This document shows, piece after piece, positions 62,890 through 64,000 of a DNA stretch of 64,000 bases. The first letter of the stretch is position 1. Every line of letters begins with the position of its first letter. Under the pieces are notes generated by a model. That model was not told the origin of the DNA, ran no database searches, and saw only the letters and a program-made list of their open reading frames with translations. The position numbers and the translations under genes were made by a program. Source of the stretch: Octopus bimaculoides (Eukaryota); the NCBI RefSeq assembly GCF_001194135.2, contig NC_068983.1, positions 136,181,911 to 136,245,910 of the forward strand. The letters run 5' to 3'.

Positions 62890-63929
62890 AAAATTCTATA
62901 AAATTATTTTCTTGGTATACCTGATAACTTTAAGAAACTGTACTATATAAATGAAACTATTTTCTCACCATACTAACACTAAAAACATCTTTCCTGTTTA
63001 TTTATAACTACAACTATAAGGGAAGTGTGATTATCAAGAATCATAAGAGAAGTGTGACTATCAACAGTCATACTAAAAATGGGAAAACACAAAGCTTTCA
63101 ATGCTAGTGTTTGAAAAAATATCTAATTCCTTCTTTTTTTTTTTTGCATGTGTATGTCTGTGTGTATTGCTTAGTGGCTTAGTCAGAGGAGAAAGGGCAA
63201 TGCTTATAATTACTACTTACAGAGCCACTGAGACTGATAGGGTGAGAAGGAGGGCAGAAACTAGAGACATGATCTGAACGCTTGCTACATTGTGGACTTC
63301 AATGAAATAAATGGTAACTTATTACGATTACCATCCAAGAACAGGTAAAATCCATCTAGTTATTCAACTTCACTCACAAGACTTCAGTCAACCTGAGGTT
63401 GGAGATAATTGTCCAAAATGCCATAAAGTGAAATCAAATTCAGAGCATGTTAATACAAACTTATCAACCAGACAGCCATAATTGTTCTTTAAGGAAGTGA
63501 GACTGATAGGAGAAGCGATTAGAAATAAAAAAATTCACAAGTCATAAATATTCTGAAATAGGAAAATTAGTGACTGTAAAATGGAAATATGACAATAAAA
63601 ATAAAAAAATATTGCAAGTTAAATAGCATAGAGAATAAAAATCTTGGAAAATGTAACTCATTGTGTGATTCATCGCTAAAGAGTCAAATGTATATAAAGT
63701 CAGCAAACATTGATATCTCAAGGTACTGAAATTATGGAAGAAAATCTATTTTGTATACAATTATTTTACCATTTACAGCTTTTTTCTTCTTGGGACAAGT
63801 AAAAAAGCAAAAAAAATAAAAAACTAGAAAAACTATATTTTGAATAAATAAAATAAAATAACAGAAACACTATTTCCTTTTAGACACTTGTTTCAAAGAT
63901 ACGGCAAGTAAAGAGCTATAGATTATATA

Positions 63930-64000
63930 TACAGAGGCTGGACAAAATAATAGAAACACCTTAAAATTTCAAACAAATTTATTTTAATATGGAGTAGGAC
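63930..64000 (-). mobile_element. Tc1-like transposon right end (continues beyond the window)
   Basis: TA|CAGAGGCTGGACAAAATAATAGAAACACC TIR-like end. The minus strand ends GPTPY* (TAA at 63986-63984), like the GGxTxY* Tc1 C-terminus. Confidence 0.7.

Noticed and set aside
1-64000. A novel multi-gene or prokaryotic-type system (defence island, operon, integrated virus)
   Set aside because: There are no intact ORFs, no gene-dense segment and no viral or bacterial protein motifs; all recognisable coding remnants belong to eukaryotic transposons.

Overview
AT-rich, microsatellite-dense metazoan draft-genome DNA with six N gaps (2423-2432, 4192-4955, 5390-5597, 8674-8877, 26575-26618, 33120-33560). 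It is not prokaryotic: I see no operons, CRISPR array, rRNA or true tRNA. The repeat landscape (tRNA-derived CORE-type SINEs with internal microsatellites, RTE tails, Penelope remnants) fits an octopus/coleoid cephalopod genome; this is inference from recall, not a database match. No intact protein-coding gene is recognisable, and nearly all long ORFs in the track are microsatellite or N-run artefacts. The window reads as intronic or intergenic DNA, with a few weak minus-strand exon candidates in the first 8.2 kb. Recognisable decayed mobile elements are: at least five SINE-type families; RTE, L1-Tx1 and possibly CR1 LINE fragments; two R4/Dong-type retrotransposon 3' fragments; a Penelope GIY-YIG remnant; a near-complete Tigger/pogo transposon with a nested SINE; mellifera- and irritans-type mariner fragments; and a Tc1 end. 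The most interesting signals found by hand are: (1) three minimal type I hammerhead-like motifs sharing a one-base insertion after the CUGANGA box, one with an otherwise intact core (8584-8628); (2) both R4/Dong fragments ending in (ATT)n tails of one SINE family; (3) three long fold-back palindromes; (4) an insect-like mellifera mariner. I found no clearly novel multi-gene system. The best leads are RNA- and retroelement-level and need computational or experimental checks.
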